64,000 nucleotides of DNA from Zootoca vivipara (Eukaryota), in contig NC_083278.1 of NCBI RefSeq assembly GCF_963506605.1, positions 19,530,001-19,594,000 of the forward strand, in the 5' to 3' direction. Under the pieces are notes generated by a model. It was not told the origin of the DNA. It did not search any database and worked only from the letters and a program-made list of their open reading frames with translations. The position numbers and the translations under genes are program-made. Below, piece after piece: positions 11,456 to 22,552 of the stretch (position 1 is the stretch's first letter; every line of letters begins with the position of its first letter).

Positions 11456-14241
11456 AGCAATAAAAACCCTAAAACCACATGGATGATTTTGCCGAACATG
11501 TACTATAATGGAAACCTTTGACCAGACAGCATTGTCAGTTGTCATGTGCATAACCTGAACATCATTTCTTTGTGAAATATTGTGAAGTATTTCTCTTCTT
11601 AGGCGGCAGTTGCACCCTTTCAGTATCAGTACAAGACTGGTATTCAAGTATTGCACATTTTTCTGCTAAACGAAACAAATTCCACAAGGCTTCCACACAT
11701 TCTCTCTTAAATTACAACTGTAAGCTGTGTTTCAGTTGGTTTCCCATGTGTGTATATCTTCATAAAACAGTGATGAGGAACACCATGTTTGCCTTTCCTC
11801 TACAAGTGAAAGAGATGGTTATGGTTCCTCCCATTATGTTTATTTAGGATTCTTCTATTTCTAGCCCCAGAGTCAATAAATAATAGTGCAGATTCCCCCC
11901 CCCCAATGCCACTTACAGTATCTGAACCTTCCTATGCAGCTTCCATTAAAATATCCAGCTTTTTTTGCATATTAGATAATCGCAGGATGGTCATGGAAAA
12001 ATGTAACTCCAGTACATGATCTCAAGTCCCCCAGTGCTCAAAATCTGATGATAAAGGAAATAATTGAAAGTAAGCCCTGGCAGGACCGTTGAAATGCATT
12101 TTGACAAGAAAATGTAGTTTGGTTCCTAAAAGGTTGCGGTGACAATAGGTTATAGTGACAGCTTTTCAACAACTGTGTAAGCCTCCGCCAGATGGAAGGA
12201 AATTTGGCTTAATGAATTATAGGCAGTCCGGGTAACACAAGCCTCTCTATAAAAGCAGATCAGAAGGAAGAATAAAGTTACTCATACTGGCATGTGTTAA
12301 ATAGAATCATTGTTACAAATATGAAGTGGAGGAAATGAGCCAGAGAAAATGGTAAAGGATTAGAAACTCTGTGCTAATGTTGAAGACCTTTGGGCCCACA
12401 GCAGGACATGCCTCAATCATTGTTCCTTTTATCGTCTGATAATGTATGTTGTTTGCAGCGGACAACTGGGGTCTGAATGCCTTTCTATGTCAAGGTGACA
12501 GTGTTTCGGTCAGCCTATTCCTTGGAGACCCATTTATTGCAAACTGGACTGTGGATCAAGAAAATCAAGGATTTCCCTCTCTGTGTGTGTCTGTGTCTCA
12601 GAATAATTGCTCATGAACACTGAAACATCTTTTAGACAAATAATTTTAAATACCTTTTTGTAAGAATGAGCACTTACATAGCAGAGACATTTTAAGGTAT
12701 ATCCTGGATGATTCTGCCTCCAATGCAATGTTTCCCTTTAAAAAAACAACAAAATGTTGTCCTGATTTCACCATGGAAAATTAGCAGCTTGGTACAATTT
12801 GGTCCCAATTTAAGAGGAGTAAAATTTTGAGCTTGAATTAAGACAGAACATACGATTCACTAGCTGTGTCTAATATATATTATTTTAGGATACAGTAAAA
12901 GTCACAGTCATTTTCTTGCATACACCTCTGTGACCCAAAAGACACAATCCAGAAACTTCCTGCATTTCAGAGGTAGTCTCCACTTTTGGCTGGGGCCAGG
13001 TTGGATTTCTTCCCCAAACCATAATTAGAAGCAAATGTTAAGAGCCGAGAGGAATTGGTATCAACTAAATTGTCTTGCAATTGATGCAAATGCTCTATAA
13101 ACAATGGCAATACAATGAACTTTAGTTTTTTTTATAAAGCAATGTTGTAAACATCTGGCTTCCTCTGGAATTTTATTTTGGCTTAATTTATTTGTACTTA
13201 CATCCCTTTTAAAGGCTTTTAGAACCCCACTGCTGATATCCCAGTGATCTCTCATAACAAGTCTTAAGACGAGGACAGCAGCAACAACAACAACAAAGTT
13301 GAAACATTTCCTAAATTATTTGCGAAGCTGAGGCCCGAGCATTAGTCTTTTCTACAGTTGAGTCAGTTGGTAGTTCCGAAAGAAAAGAAGAGGCTTCTTT
13401 TACACACAGGTTGGATGGCTCTTAAAAAGCACATTCACAAATGAGTCCAGCTGACCTTTGCCCAATCTGACATAGAATACTACGATGGCAGTTCACGATT
13501 AATTGTCTCTGAAAACCCTCCTGATGAGCCACGTCAACCAAAGGCAATACAGTCTTAATTGTGATTATTCTGGCTGACCAAGAACTACTGGACTAGGGGA
13601 GTCCTTTAAACTTCAAATATATGGGTGTACATGGTCATCCAACCACTCCATTACCCTTGCTACTCGGTCTCTTGGTCCCACTTTTAGCTTATCATGTGGT
13701 GAATGTTACAGATTGTGGCAGATCTGTATGAAGCTGTGGAGAATGACGGTGTTTCCTTTCTGACCTTCAAGAAGTTCAAAGGCCTGTACGAATGTGGCCT
13801 GTACGAATAAGCAAAATCTTTCAGTTAGAATTGGTGCCCAATAACTTATAGGGCAGATATGGGTAACTTTTGACCTCCCAGATGCTGCCGAACTACAAAT
13901 CCCATCACCCCTGTCCATTAGCTGTACTTGCTGGAGCTAATGGGAATTGTGGTTCAAAAGTTCCCCACAGCTGCTGTAAGGAAATTAAATGATGCTAAAA
14001 ATAAAATGTTCTTATTTTTGGCTGTGTAAACATTTGTCTTCTTGTCAGCTTCCCCATTACCTGCATCATGCAACTGTGAGCTCATTTTTAGATATGTTCA
14101 CAGTATCTCAGCATGGATTAAGTTACTGTTATTAATTATATACTTGAACCACCTACCACAGAGTCAGGTAGGCTAAATGAAAAATGGATGGATGGCAATC
14201 CACATGGGGAGGGGAGGGGATATTCCAAGGAGCAGTGAAAT

Positions 14242-14383
14242 CAGGGCCGGCTCTAGGTATAGTCCCCGTGGCGCTGCTCGGCAAAGCCGCGTGGAAGCCA
14301 TGCTGTGCTCTGCGAGGGTGGGGGCGCCGGAGCGATCTCCGTGCCTCAGCGCCAGGGCGCCCGACCTGCTCGAGACTGCCCTG
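14242..14383. mobile_element. GC-rich hAT-type MITE
   Basis: CAGGGCCGGCTC ... GAGACTGCCCTG termini; perfect 8-bp TSD AGTGAAAT at 14234-14241 and 14384-14391. Confidence 0.85.
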
Positions 14384-14620
14384 AGTGAAATTGTGGATCA
14401 GTTTGGAAAACATGCCATGTAAGCTAATATACTGTAAAGCAACCCCAACCACAATTAATATAGGACTGAGAAGAGGAAGTAAAATTATGCTGCTTCTCTT
14501 CATCACCTTGATTGTGTCAATAAATGGAATTATGTGAAGGATTAATTCATTCAAGAGGGTGGCATGGGGATTCCAATCCAAGCTAATGATTTCTTAGAAT
14601 AAAGCCTGGCGTGGTGTTCT

Positions 14621-14877
14621 TGGCATGTCCAACAGGTAGATCGTGATCTACCGGTAGATTACTGGCCGTCTGCGGTAGATCACTGGTAGATCATTGGCTC
14701 CCCCCAAAGAAGCTGAACAACTGTGGCTCCCTTAAAAAAAAAAAAAAGCTCAACATTTTACCTCTTCCCCGAAAAAAACTCAACAACTTTGACCTGAACC
14801 CCCAAAAGGGGGGTAGATCACTGCCAGTTTTTAACTCTGTGCGTAGATTGCAGTCTCTTGGGAGTTGGCCACCCCTG
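14621..14877. mobile_element. hAT-type MITE
   Basis: GGCATGTCCAAC ... GTTGGCCACCCCTG termini and repeated GGTAGATC subterminal motifs; left end degenerate. Confidence 0.6.
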
Positions 14878-16361
14878 AATTAGTTTGGAATAAAAGAGTG
14901 GACCTTGTGTAAGTTTGGTTTGGCTTTTTTAAAAAACCCTTCTAAGGTTTAGTTAAATATTGGTTTGTTTCATAGTCTAATTTGTTTTTTCTGAATCTGA
15001 ATCTGAATGGCAGTCTTTTGCAGCCTTGCAAGTTGGGCAGAGGGTTGACTCTCCCCCTCCCCCAAATTAATGGATGTTTGTCACAAATCAGGTGTTGCTG
15101 TTTAAATGTGTTACTGTTGGACAGCTCACCCACATTCCCAATTCATGTATTCAGACAATTTCATTGCGCTTTATAAATAATGGATTTTGAATTTTAAGTG
15201 CATGCTGTTGTGCCCAGAAATGTCTTGTAAAAAAAATGTGGGGCTGCTAGCTCCAAGAGAGACATCTGTTTTGGATCATCCAGGTATTAGTTTAAGCATC
15301 AGAATTGAGCATGCAACCTTTTCCCCTCCCCTTTGAGGACATAAAAATGTTCACTCTAACCATTGGAACATCTTTTGGAACATCTTTTTTTTTTAAAAGT
15401 TGCATGTTTCATGAATACTGCCATTTGTAGTATCAAAGAAGCATTTCACAGCAACTGCTTCTCCCTAGCATTTCTGTTTTACAGCTTGACAGGTTTTGCT
15501 GAACCTGTTTTTACTAGGGTGGCTTGACCTCTGAACAGAAGCACTCTCATCTGCTTCAGTTCAAAGCAGAGCACAGATGTGGTGGTATCCTGCACTATCC
15601 TGTACAAAAGAGGACTGGTGGGAACCGTGGCTGGCTCCGTGTTGTCGTCGTCAGGCTTTTCCTTGCTGCTAGGCATTTATGTCTCTACAAAGGGGTATTG
15701 TGCACCACTGAATGACAAGCAGTTCTATATTAAGTAAGGCATGGAAATACGGCTCATTTAGAAGCCATGGGGGCTGACATAAATGCACAATAAATGGCAA
15801 CATTTCAACAAAAGATAGCTTTTTCGAGTTGATAATCTGATCAGTAAATATTTATTTCATAAGAAAAGCTCTTAAGATATTTGAAACCGGAGTTAGTTGG
15901 CCACATTAAGTTGACCACCCAGTGCCCTTGAAAATTACTGCAGGAGAGGTACACTGAGCAACATCACAGGAGGGATGTTTCTAGGACTAAGGTGAAACTG
16001 AAGCTTCCTTTTTATTTTTGCTGTTGGATACTGTGTATGGTTTAAATTTTATTGTTATATTTATAGTATTGAAACATACATTTTTGCATGTTGTTATATT
16101 TGCTATTGTTTTGCTATGTTATCATGAAATTATTGTTTTGCTACGTTATGGAATTGTTACTATGTTATTGTTTTGCTATATATTTTTAGGAAATAGTTTT
16201 AGTGGTGTTTGTTTGAAATGTGTTTCTGTTTTCTTCATTGTAAGATGCTTTGAGCATGATTTTGTGCATGTGTGTGTTTCATTGTGGAAAAGAGGCATAC
16301 AAATAAAATGAAGGAAGGAATGGTTCACCCCTTTCTCCATCATACCCATTACGGAGAAGTA

Positions 16362-17023
16362 AAGATCATGGCCACTGGTCCCATCACCTCCTGGCAAATA
16401 GAAGGGGAAGAAATGGAGGCAGTGAGAGATTTTACTTTCTTGGGCTCCTTGATCGCTGCAGATGGTGACAGCAGTCACGAAATTAAAAGACGCCTGCTTC
16501 TTGGGAGAAAAGCAATGACAAACCTAGACAGCATCTTAAAAAGCAGAGACATCACCTTGCCAACAAAGGTCCATATAGTTAAAGCTATGGTTTTCCCAGT
16601 AGTGATGTATGGAAGTGAGAGCTGGACCACAAAGAAGGCTGATCGCCGAAGAATTGATGCTTTTGAATTATGGTGCTGGAGGAGACTCTTGAGAGTCGCA
16701 TGGACTGCAAGAAGATCAAACCTATCCATTCTGAAGGAAATCAGCCCTGAGTGCTCACTGGAAGGACAGATCCTGAAGCTGAGGCTCCAATACTTTGACC
16801 ACCTCATGAGAAGACTCCCTGGAAAAGACCCTGATGTTGGGAAAGATTGAGGGCACAAGGAGAAGGGGACAACAGAGGACGAGATGGTTGGACAGTGTTC
16901 TCGAAGCTACGAACATGAGTTTGACCAAGCTGCAGGAGGCAGTGGAAGACAGGAGTGCCTGGCGTGCTATGGTCCATGGGGTCACGAAGAGTCGGACACA
17001 ACTAAATGACTAAACAACAACAA
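16362..17023 (+). mobile_element. 5'-truncated BovB LINE
   Basis: Near-identical to the 3' 660 bp of the element at 53808-57029 (KIMATGPITSWQIEGEEMEAV...); small frameshifting deletion near 16812; (CAA)n tail. Confidence 0.97.
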
Positions 17024-17139
17024 AGCAGAATGTCAGCATTAGCTAGGGATAAGTATTTGGATACATTTGTATGAAGAAATGGCTCCCAGTGCAACTGTTG
17101 CCTATCTATTGAGTTTAGCAATGAACATATATGTAACAC

Positions 17140-17440
17140 TATCTCAGGCCCAGATCACAATCCTCAAGGATCGCCTCTTCTCATAGAAACAATCCCGGAC
17201 CCTGCAATCATTATCTGAGGGCCTTTTCTGTGGTGGCTCCCTGCTTGTGGAATACTCTCTCTGGGGAGCCTCGCCTGACACCATTGTTACATATCTTTAG
17301 ATGCGGGATGAAAACATTACACTAGTGTTTTTATTGTTATTATGTTATGTATTGTTGTGCTTTTATAATGCAGATTACCTTGTGATCCTTTGATGAAGGG
17401 GGAGGGATATAGAAATTCTGTAGATAAATAAAATTAATAA
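17140..17440 (+). mobile_element. L2 LINE 3' fragment
   Basis: GGGCCTTTTCTGTGGTGGCTCCCTGCTTGTGGAATACTCTC motif and AAATAAA-rich tail. Confidence 0.55.
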
Positions 17441-18356
17441 ATGTAGCCCTCCATATGTTGTGGGACCAGTTCCCATGGGCCCCAGTCAGTGCAAAAACAA
17501 ATCTTCTCTGAGCTGCTGTTTGAGCACCTGCTCTCTTTTTTGGAGATCAGCATGATGATGGCCCTTACATTTGGACAGTACAAAAATGCATTATTTTGGG
17601 TGGGAGGGCTTTCCTTGGAAAGTCATCTGTCTTGAGATTATGGCCATGTGTGTAGCTTGAAAATTTATTTGGGAATTGCTTGTACAGAATAAGAGTGGTT
17701 CTTTATAAAGCTTTTAATTAGAAAGCTGACTTCAAATTTGTTAATTTCTGAGCAGCTTAATCTGCCCTAGAGGCAAACAAGCCCTTGATTAGTGAAATCC
17801 AGTGTTGTCTTTTGAATGGAGATAAGGAGTGCTGGGGAACCATTATCTGCTTTTCTGTCAATGGGTCTAGCATATTAGGTCTGCCAACCTGCAGGTCAGA
17901 TCACTACAGCAGCTTCATTATAAACACATATTGTTCAGCAGTTGCACTGACTTCATTAACTGTTCATTTTAATGTGCAAAGAGCTGACAGACACAGAAGC
18001 TGTTTCACCTTTTCCCTTGTCCGGTGGGAATGATTCAAAGAAATAGAAGTTCAGTGTGCCTTACTGTGACTTTATCATTAAATTTGCTTGTAATACCTTA
18101 TAAATTATAATTATAATATGATCCCCTTCTATCTCCCCCCAGCATGTGCTTCCCCAATTTGTTATAGTATTGTGTGTGATGATTCAGTATACTTTCCTTC
18201 CTGAGAAAGAAGAGTTATTATTCAGATACTACAGGGGCCTTGTTGATGTATAAAGACTTAAATTCTAAAGGGAAATAATGTCTCAATCCAGCTTATTATC
18301 AAGTAATATTTCAGAGACACTGCAATATCTTAAAAACCATTCATGTTCCCCCAGTT

Positions 18357-18358
<2 letters not shown>

Positions 18359-18391
<33 letters not shown>
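18359..18391 (+). repeat. (CAT)11 microsatellite
   Basis: Direct reading. Confidence 0.95.
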
Positions 18392-18640
18392 TTTGTTCCT
18401 CCCCTGCCCCAATTGCTCTCAGCTTATTTTTCCCAATCTCCTTGGGCAAGTGGTTTTTAAAGTTCTCATTATTTACAATGACCCTGGGAAGTGACAGACT
18501 TTGTTAACACAAAGCATTTTGGTTTTTAATATCACTCTGTGTGTGATGTATATACACACACATTTTTGAATGTTAACCATTGAAATAATAAGTAATCATT
18601 TCTGATACTGTGGAAATCAAAAGCTGATTATTACCACTAT

Positions 18641-19163
18641 AAAAAGGTAAAGGACCCCTGGTCAGTTAAGTCCAGTCAAAGGCGACTATGGGGTTGCGGT
18701 GCTCATCTCGCTTTCAGGCCAAAGGAGCTGGTGTTTGTCCACAGACAGCTTTCTGGGTCATGTGACCAGCATGACTAAAGAGCTTCTGGCACAATGGGCA
18801 CAGTGCCAGAAACCAGAGCACATGGAAACACCATTTACCTTCCTGCCGCAGTGATAGCTATTTATCTACTTGCACTGGTGTGCTTTTGAACTGCTAGGTT
18901 GGCAGAAGCTGGGACAGAGCAACGGGAGCTCACCCCGCTGCGGGGATTCAAACCACCAACCTTCTGATCTGCAAGCCCAAGAGGCTCAGTGGTTTAGACC
19001 AGTGGTCCTCAACCTTGGGCCTCCAGATGTTTTTGGCCTACAGCTCCCATGATCCCTAGCTAGCAGGACCAGTGGTCAGGGATGATGGGAATTGTAGTCT
19101 CAAAACATCTGGAGGCCCAAGGTTGAGGACCACTGGTTTAGACCACAGCGCCACCCGCATCCT
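18641..19163 (-). mobile_element. Sauria SINE interrupted by a MITE
   Basis: Homologous to 2705-3058; flanking repeat ATTACCACTAT/ATTACCATTAT. Confidence 0.9.
19000..19135. mobile_element. hAT (Buster/Charlie-type) MITE
   Basis: Long perfect TIR CAGTGGTCCTCAACCTTGGGCCTCCAGATGTTTT; 8-bp TSD GTTTAGAC. Confidence 0.92.
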
Positions 19164-19277
19164 AATTACCATTATGACCATTGTTGATTGTAAGCATCTG
19201 TCAAAGGAAAACTAGAGAGGTATTTAGTTCTAAAACCTTCTCATTAAGAACTATTATGACTTTTAGAATACATCTGA

Positions 19278-19386
19278 AGGCAGCCCTGTATTGGGAAGTT
19301 TTTAATGTTTTATGGTGTTCTTATATTTTGCTGGAAGCCGCCTAGAGTGGCTTGGGCAACCCAGTCAGATGGGCAGCATATAAATG
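19278..19386 (+). mobile_element. L2-type 3' tail fragment
   Basis: GGAAGCCGCCTAGAGTGGCTTGGGCAACCCAGTCAGATGGGC...TATAAAT; reverse copy at 30166-30285. Confidence 0.55.
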
Positions 19387-19605
19387 ATAGCAGTAGTTGT
19401 AGTGGTAGCTTTTCACTGGCTAAGTATACTAACAGCAACTGCATTCTATAAAAAAAAGAGCAACTATCACAAAGCCACTATTGAAATTCTGTCAAAGAAA
19501 CCAAAACACTAAAAACTTGCACAGATCATAAGATTTAAATTTAGAACCTCTGCCAACACAACCTTTTTTTATTACACAAGCTTCAAAACTGACAGCATTA
19601 ACAGA

Positions 19606-19735
19606 TATTGGTATCTGAAGAAGTGTGCATGCACACGAAAGCTCATACCAAAATAAAAACTTAGTTGGTCTTTAAGGTGCTACTGAAGGAATTTTTATTT
19701 TGTTTCGACTCAGACCAACACGGCTACCTACCTGT
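19606..19735 (+). mobile_element. 130-bp Penelope-like insertion (hammerhead plus pseudo-LTR 3' end)
   Basis: Perfect 12-bp TSD AGCATTAACAGA at 19594-19605 and 19736-19747; homologous to the 10260 and 63774 copies. Confidence 0.88.
19608..19651 (+). ncRNA. Minimal type I hammerhead ribozyme, intact core, 7-bp stem I
   Basis: UUGGUAU-CUGAAGA-A-GUGUGCAUGCACAC-GAAA-GCUC^AUACCAA; predicted cleavage after 19644. Confidence 0.8.
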
Positions 19736-21036
19736 AGCATTAACAGAGTTATAGATCTCGTCTTGTTAAACCTGCATATCTTGTGGTCCCAGGCTGCGTC
19801 CCACAGACAAAAGAACATCAGAGCAAAACACAGGCTTGGTAAAAAGATTATTTAAACTATAGTAGGAGAAAACCAGTGAATGCACCGGTCCATAGCTTGG
19901 GGGTCATCTTGGATTACCTGTGGAAGACAAGATTACATAGCCTTCATTGCTCAGCTCCCCAGCCTAGTTTAGTACAGTATAGGCCGTATATTTAAAATAC
20001 TGCTGCTCGCTTTTGGCTTTTTGGTTTTGGTTTTTAATACAATGTAAATGTTGCTAGTTATTTTTTTTACATCCGTGAGAGGACTTTGTTCAGAGAGGCA
20101 GACTACACATGTGTAAAATAAATGAAGAAAAATAGTCAATTAGCAGACTTGTACCTGCATAGTGCTGAGTTTTTTTAACCCCCCATGCTAGCACCATACA
20201 CTATCCTCCAGTAAGGGCATCATGTCCCTGCCCCTTGATATCCCTCTCAGCCATGGCACCAGTTTCTGAATCTCTAGCTACAAAAGCTGCCACTGAGGCT
20301 CATTATACCTGAACACATAATATCTATCTGTTGTCTTCTTCAGGAATGATGGCAATTGCAATTTTCATCCCTGAGTTGAGCTGTATTCTCCTTTTAAACA
20401 GGTCAAGTGTTTCAATTACCTCAGACCTTCTCCGTTAATTATTTGCTTTGCTTCCCAAGTTCATATCACTGACAGAATTAGAACGACAGGATTACTTACA
20501 GGAGCAGTAAAAATAATGATGATGGCTCCAAGTACTGATATTGATTTTCAACACCTTGGCTAACTTGTTACATTCATTCACATTTATAACTATTCTTTGT
20601 CTCATGTTTTCTAGCTTTTCATTGCTGCTCCAACATATTTCTCCTGGCCTATGCATTTACCTTGTTTTATCAAAGGTTAAGGAGTTTTCAAGATACAAAC
20701 ATCAAATCTCCCTGTTCTTTCAAAGTCAAGCAATATAATTTCCCCCTTTATAAAAACCCATAGTGTATGGGCCATTATGGACACCTGCTTTTTCTTCCTT
20801 TTACCCAGGTTGGTCTTGAAAACATTTACACTTCTCTGTATGTGTCCATGGTTACTGATTTCATAGAATTCAGTAACCGAGGGTCATATAGTTCAACCCC
20901 CTGCAAGGCAAGAATCTCAGCTAAAGCATCCATGGTAGTTGGCTATCTTACCTCTGCTTAAAAACCTACACCACTTCCCGAGGGAGTCCATTCCATTGTC
21001 GAACAGCTCTTACTTTCAGAAAGTTCAACCTGATGG

Positions 21037-21438
21037 AAGTTGATGATACAGAACTGAGTGTGGACCAATGATTATGGAATATTGTCTCAATGTGTGTTCA
21101 CAGTGGAGAGACTCCTACATGTGCATAGAGCGGAAGATGTACCCTTGTTTAATATGGATGCATGGTGGCTGAAATTGTTGGAGGCAAAGTTAATATGTTT
21201 AATTAGAGAAAAGCTATTGCTTACATTTATTAGTATTATTCATTGGGAACCCCTTTTGGACTTTTTGTGTGAAAGGGAAGATAAACATGCAATATTTGGG
21301 TTTGAGGATTGGAAAAATACTGGTTTATAGAAAGTGGATTTGTTGGATGTTGTCGTGGAGTGAATGTTTTGAATAATTCTTTTTATGTAACAGACAGAAT
21401 CCGACCCCCTTTTCTTTTTTATCTTTTATCAAAAAAGC

Positions 21439-21504
<66 letters not shown>

Positions 21505-21509
21505 CAAAT
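21037..21509 (+). mobile_element. L1-like LINE 3' fragment with (AT)n tail
   Basis: WWLKLLEAKLICLIREK...WEPLLDFLCERE...IFGFED resembles squamate L1 ORF2 ends as I recall them; flanked by the duplicated CR1 sequence GAAAGTTCnnCCTGATG. Confidence 0.6.
21443..21502 (+). repeat. (AT)30 microsatellite
   Basis: Direct reading. Confidence 0.95.
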
Positions 21510-22226
21510 GAAAGTTCTTCCTGATGTTTAGTCAGAATCTCCTTTCTTGCAACTTGAATCTCTTGGTTTGGGTCCCAATCTCCAGAGCAGGAGAAAACAA
21601 GCTTGTTCCATCTTCCATTTGACAACCCTCAAGGTATTTGAAGACAGCTATCATATCTCCTCTCAGTCTCCTATTTTCCAGGCTAAATATACCCAACTCC
21701 CTCAACTGTTCACCATAAGGCTTGGTTTCCAGACTCTTGATCATCTTGGTTGCCCCCCTCTGCACATGTTCCAGCTTATCAATATCCTTCTTAAATTGTC
21801 CTGAAGCACCCACTAATTAGCTAATGGGACGATCTCAGGTTGAGTGAGTTGGTGGAAACCCCCCCCCAAAAAAAAACCCCTATGCGTAATTTTATAAGCC
21901 TTCATAATGCAATCCCCAGTACTCATATCCGTTACCCCCCCCCCAAGAACTCCAGTCATTGCAACAGTTCCTTGTATGGGATGGGTTCCTGCGTCAGAGC
22001 CAGGATAGGGATTCAGCAGGCTTGCAGAAAAAGGGACAGAGCCTTCTCTGCCAGGCCATTTGGAACTGGTGGGACCCATACCTTTGTCTGAAATCTCCCT
22101 GCCCCTCCCAACTTGAGTTATCCACTTGAACTTCCAGACTGATGCTCCCAAGAACACTGAAAGTGAGGTGGAAGGTTCAGTATTTTACAAAACGTCAAAG
22201 TTTGTAAATTCAAGTGGAATATTCAA

Positions 22227-22552
22227 GGGGCTGATCAGGAGGTCGGTGGTTCGAATCCACGCGACAGGGTGAGCTCCTGTTGCTCTGTCCCAGCTTCTGC
22301 CAACCTAGCAGTTCAAAAACACCAGTGCAAGTAGATAACTAAGTACTGCTGCAGCAGGAAGGTAAACTGTGTTTCCATGCACTCTAGCTTCTGTCATGGT
22401 GTTCCATTGCACCAGAAGCGGTTTAGTCATGCTGGCCACATGACTCGGTAAGCTGTCTGTGGACAAACACCAGCTCCCTCGGCCTGAGGCAAGATGAGCT
22501 CCGCAACCCCATAGTCGCCGTTGACTGGACTTAACTGTCCAGGGGTCCTTTG
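22227..22552 (+). mobile_element. Sauria SINE, 5'-truncated
   Basis: Box B GGTTCGAATCC, CCAACCTAGCAGTTC, CATGCTGGCCACATGAC and CCAGGGGTCCTTT end. Confidence 0.88.

Larger units (their letters stand above)
20860..21805 (-). mobile_element. CR1 LINE 3' portion (ORF2 C-terminus and 3' UTR), split by an L1 insertion
   Basis: Translation FKKDIDKLEHVQRGATKMIKSLETKPY...RRLRGDMIAVFKYLEG is typical of CR1 ORF2; 3' end TTCTATGA at ~20861. Confidence 0.9.

Noticed and set aside
13704-13811. Short protein-like ORF MLQIVADLYEAVENDGVSFLTFKKFKGLYECGLYE
   Set aside because: No recognisable homology, weak acceptor and no partner exons
15479-15737. GC-richer stretch with open frames on both strands and possible splice sites
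   Set aside because: No frame matches a protein I recognise; cannot be supported as an exon
18278-18460. ORF with a poly-histidine run
   Set aside because: Artefact of the (CAT)11 microsatellite
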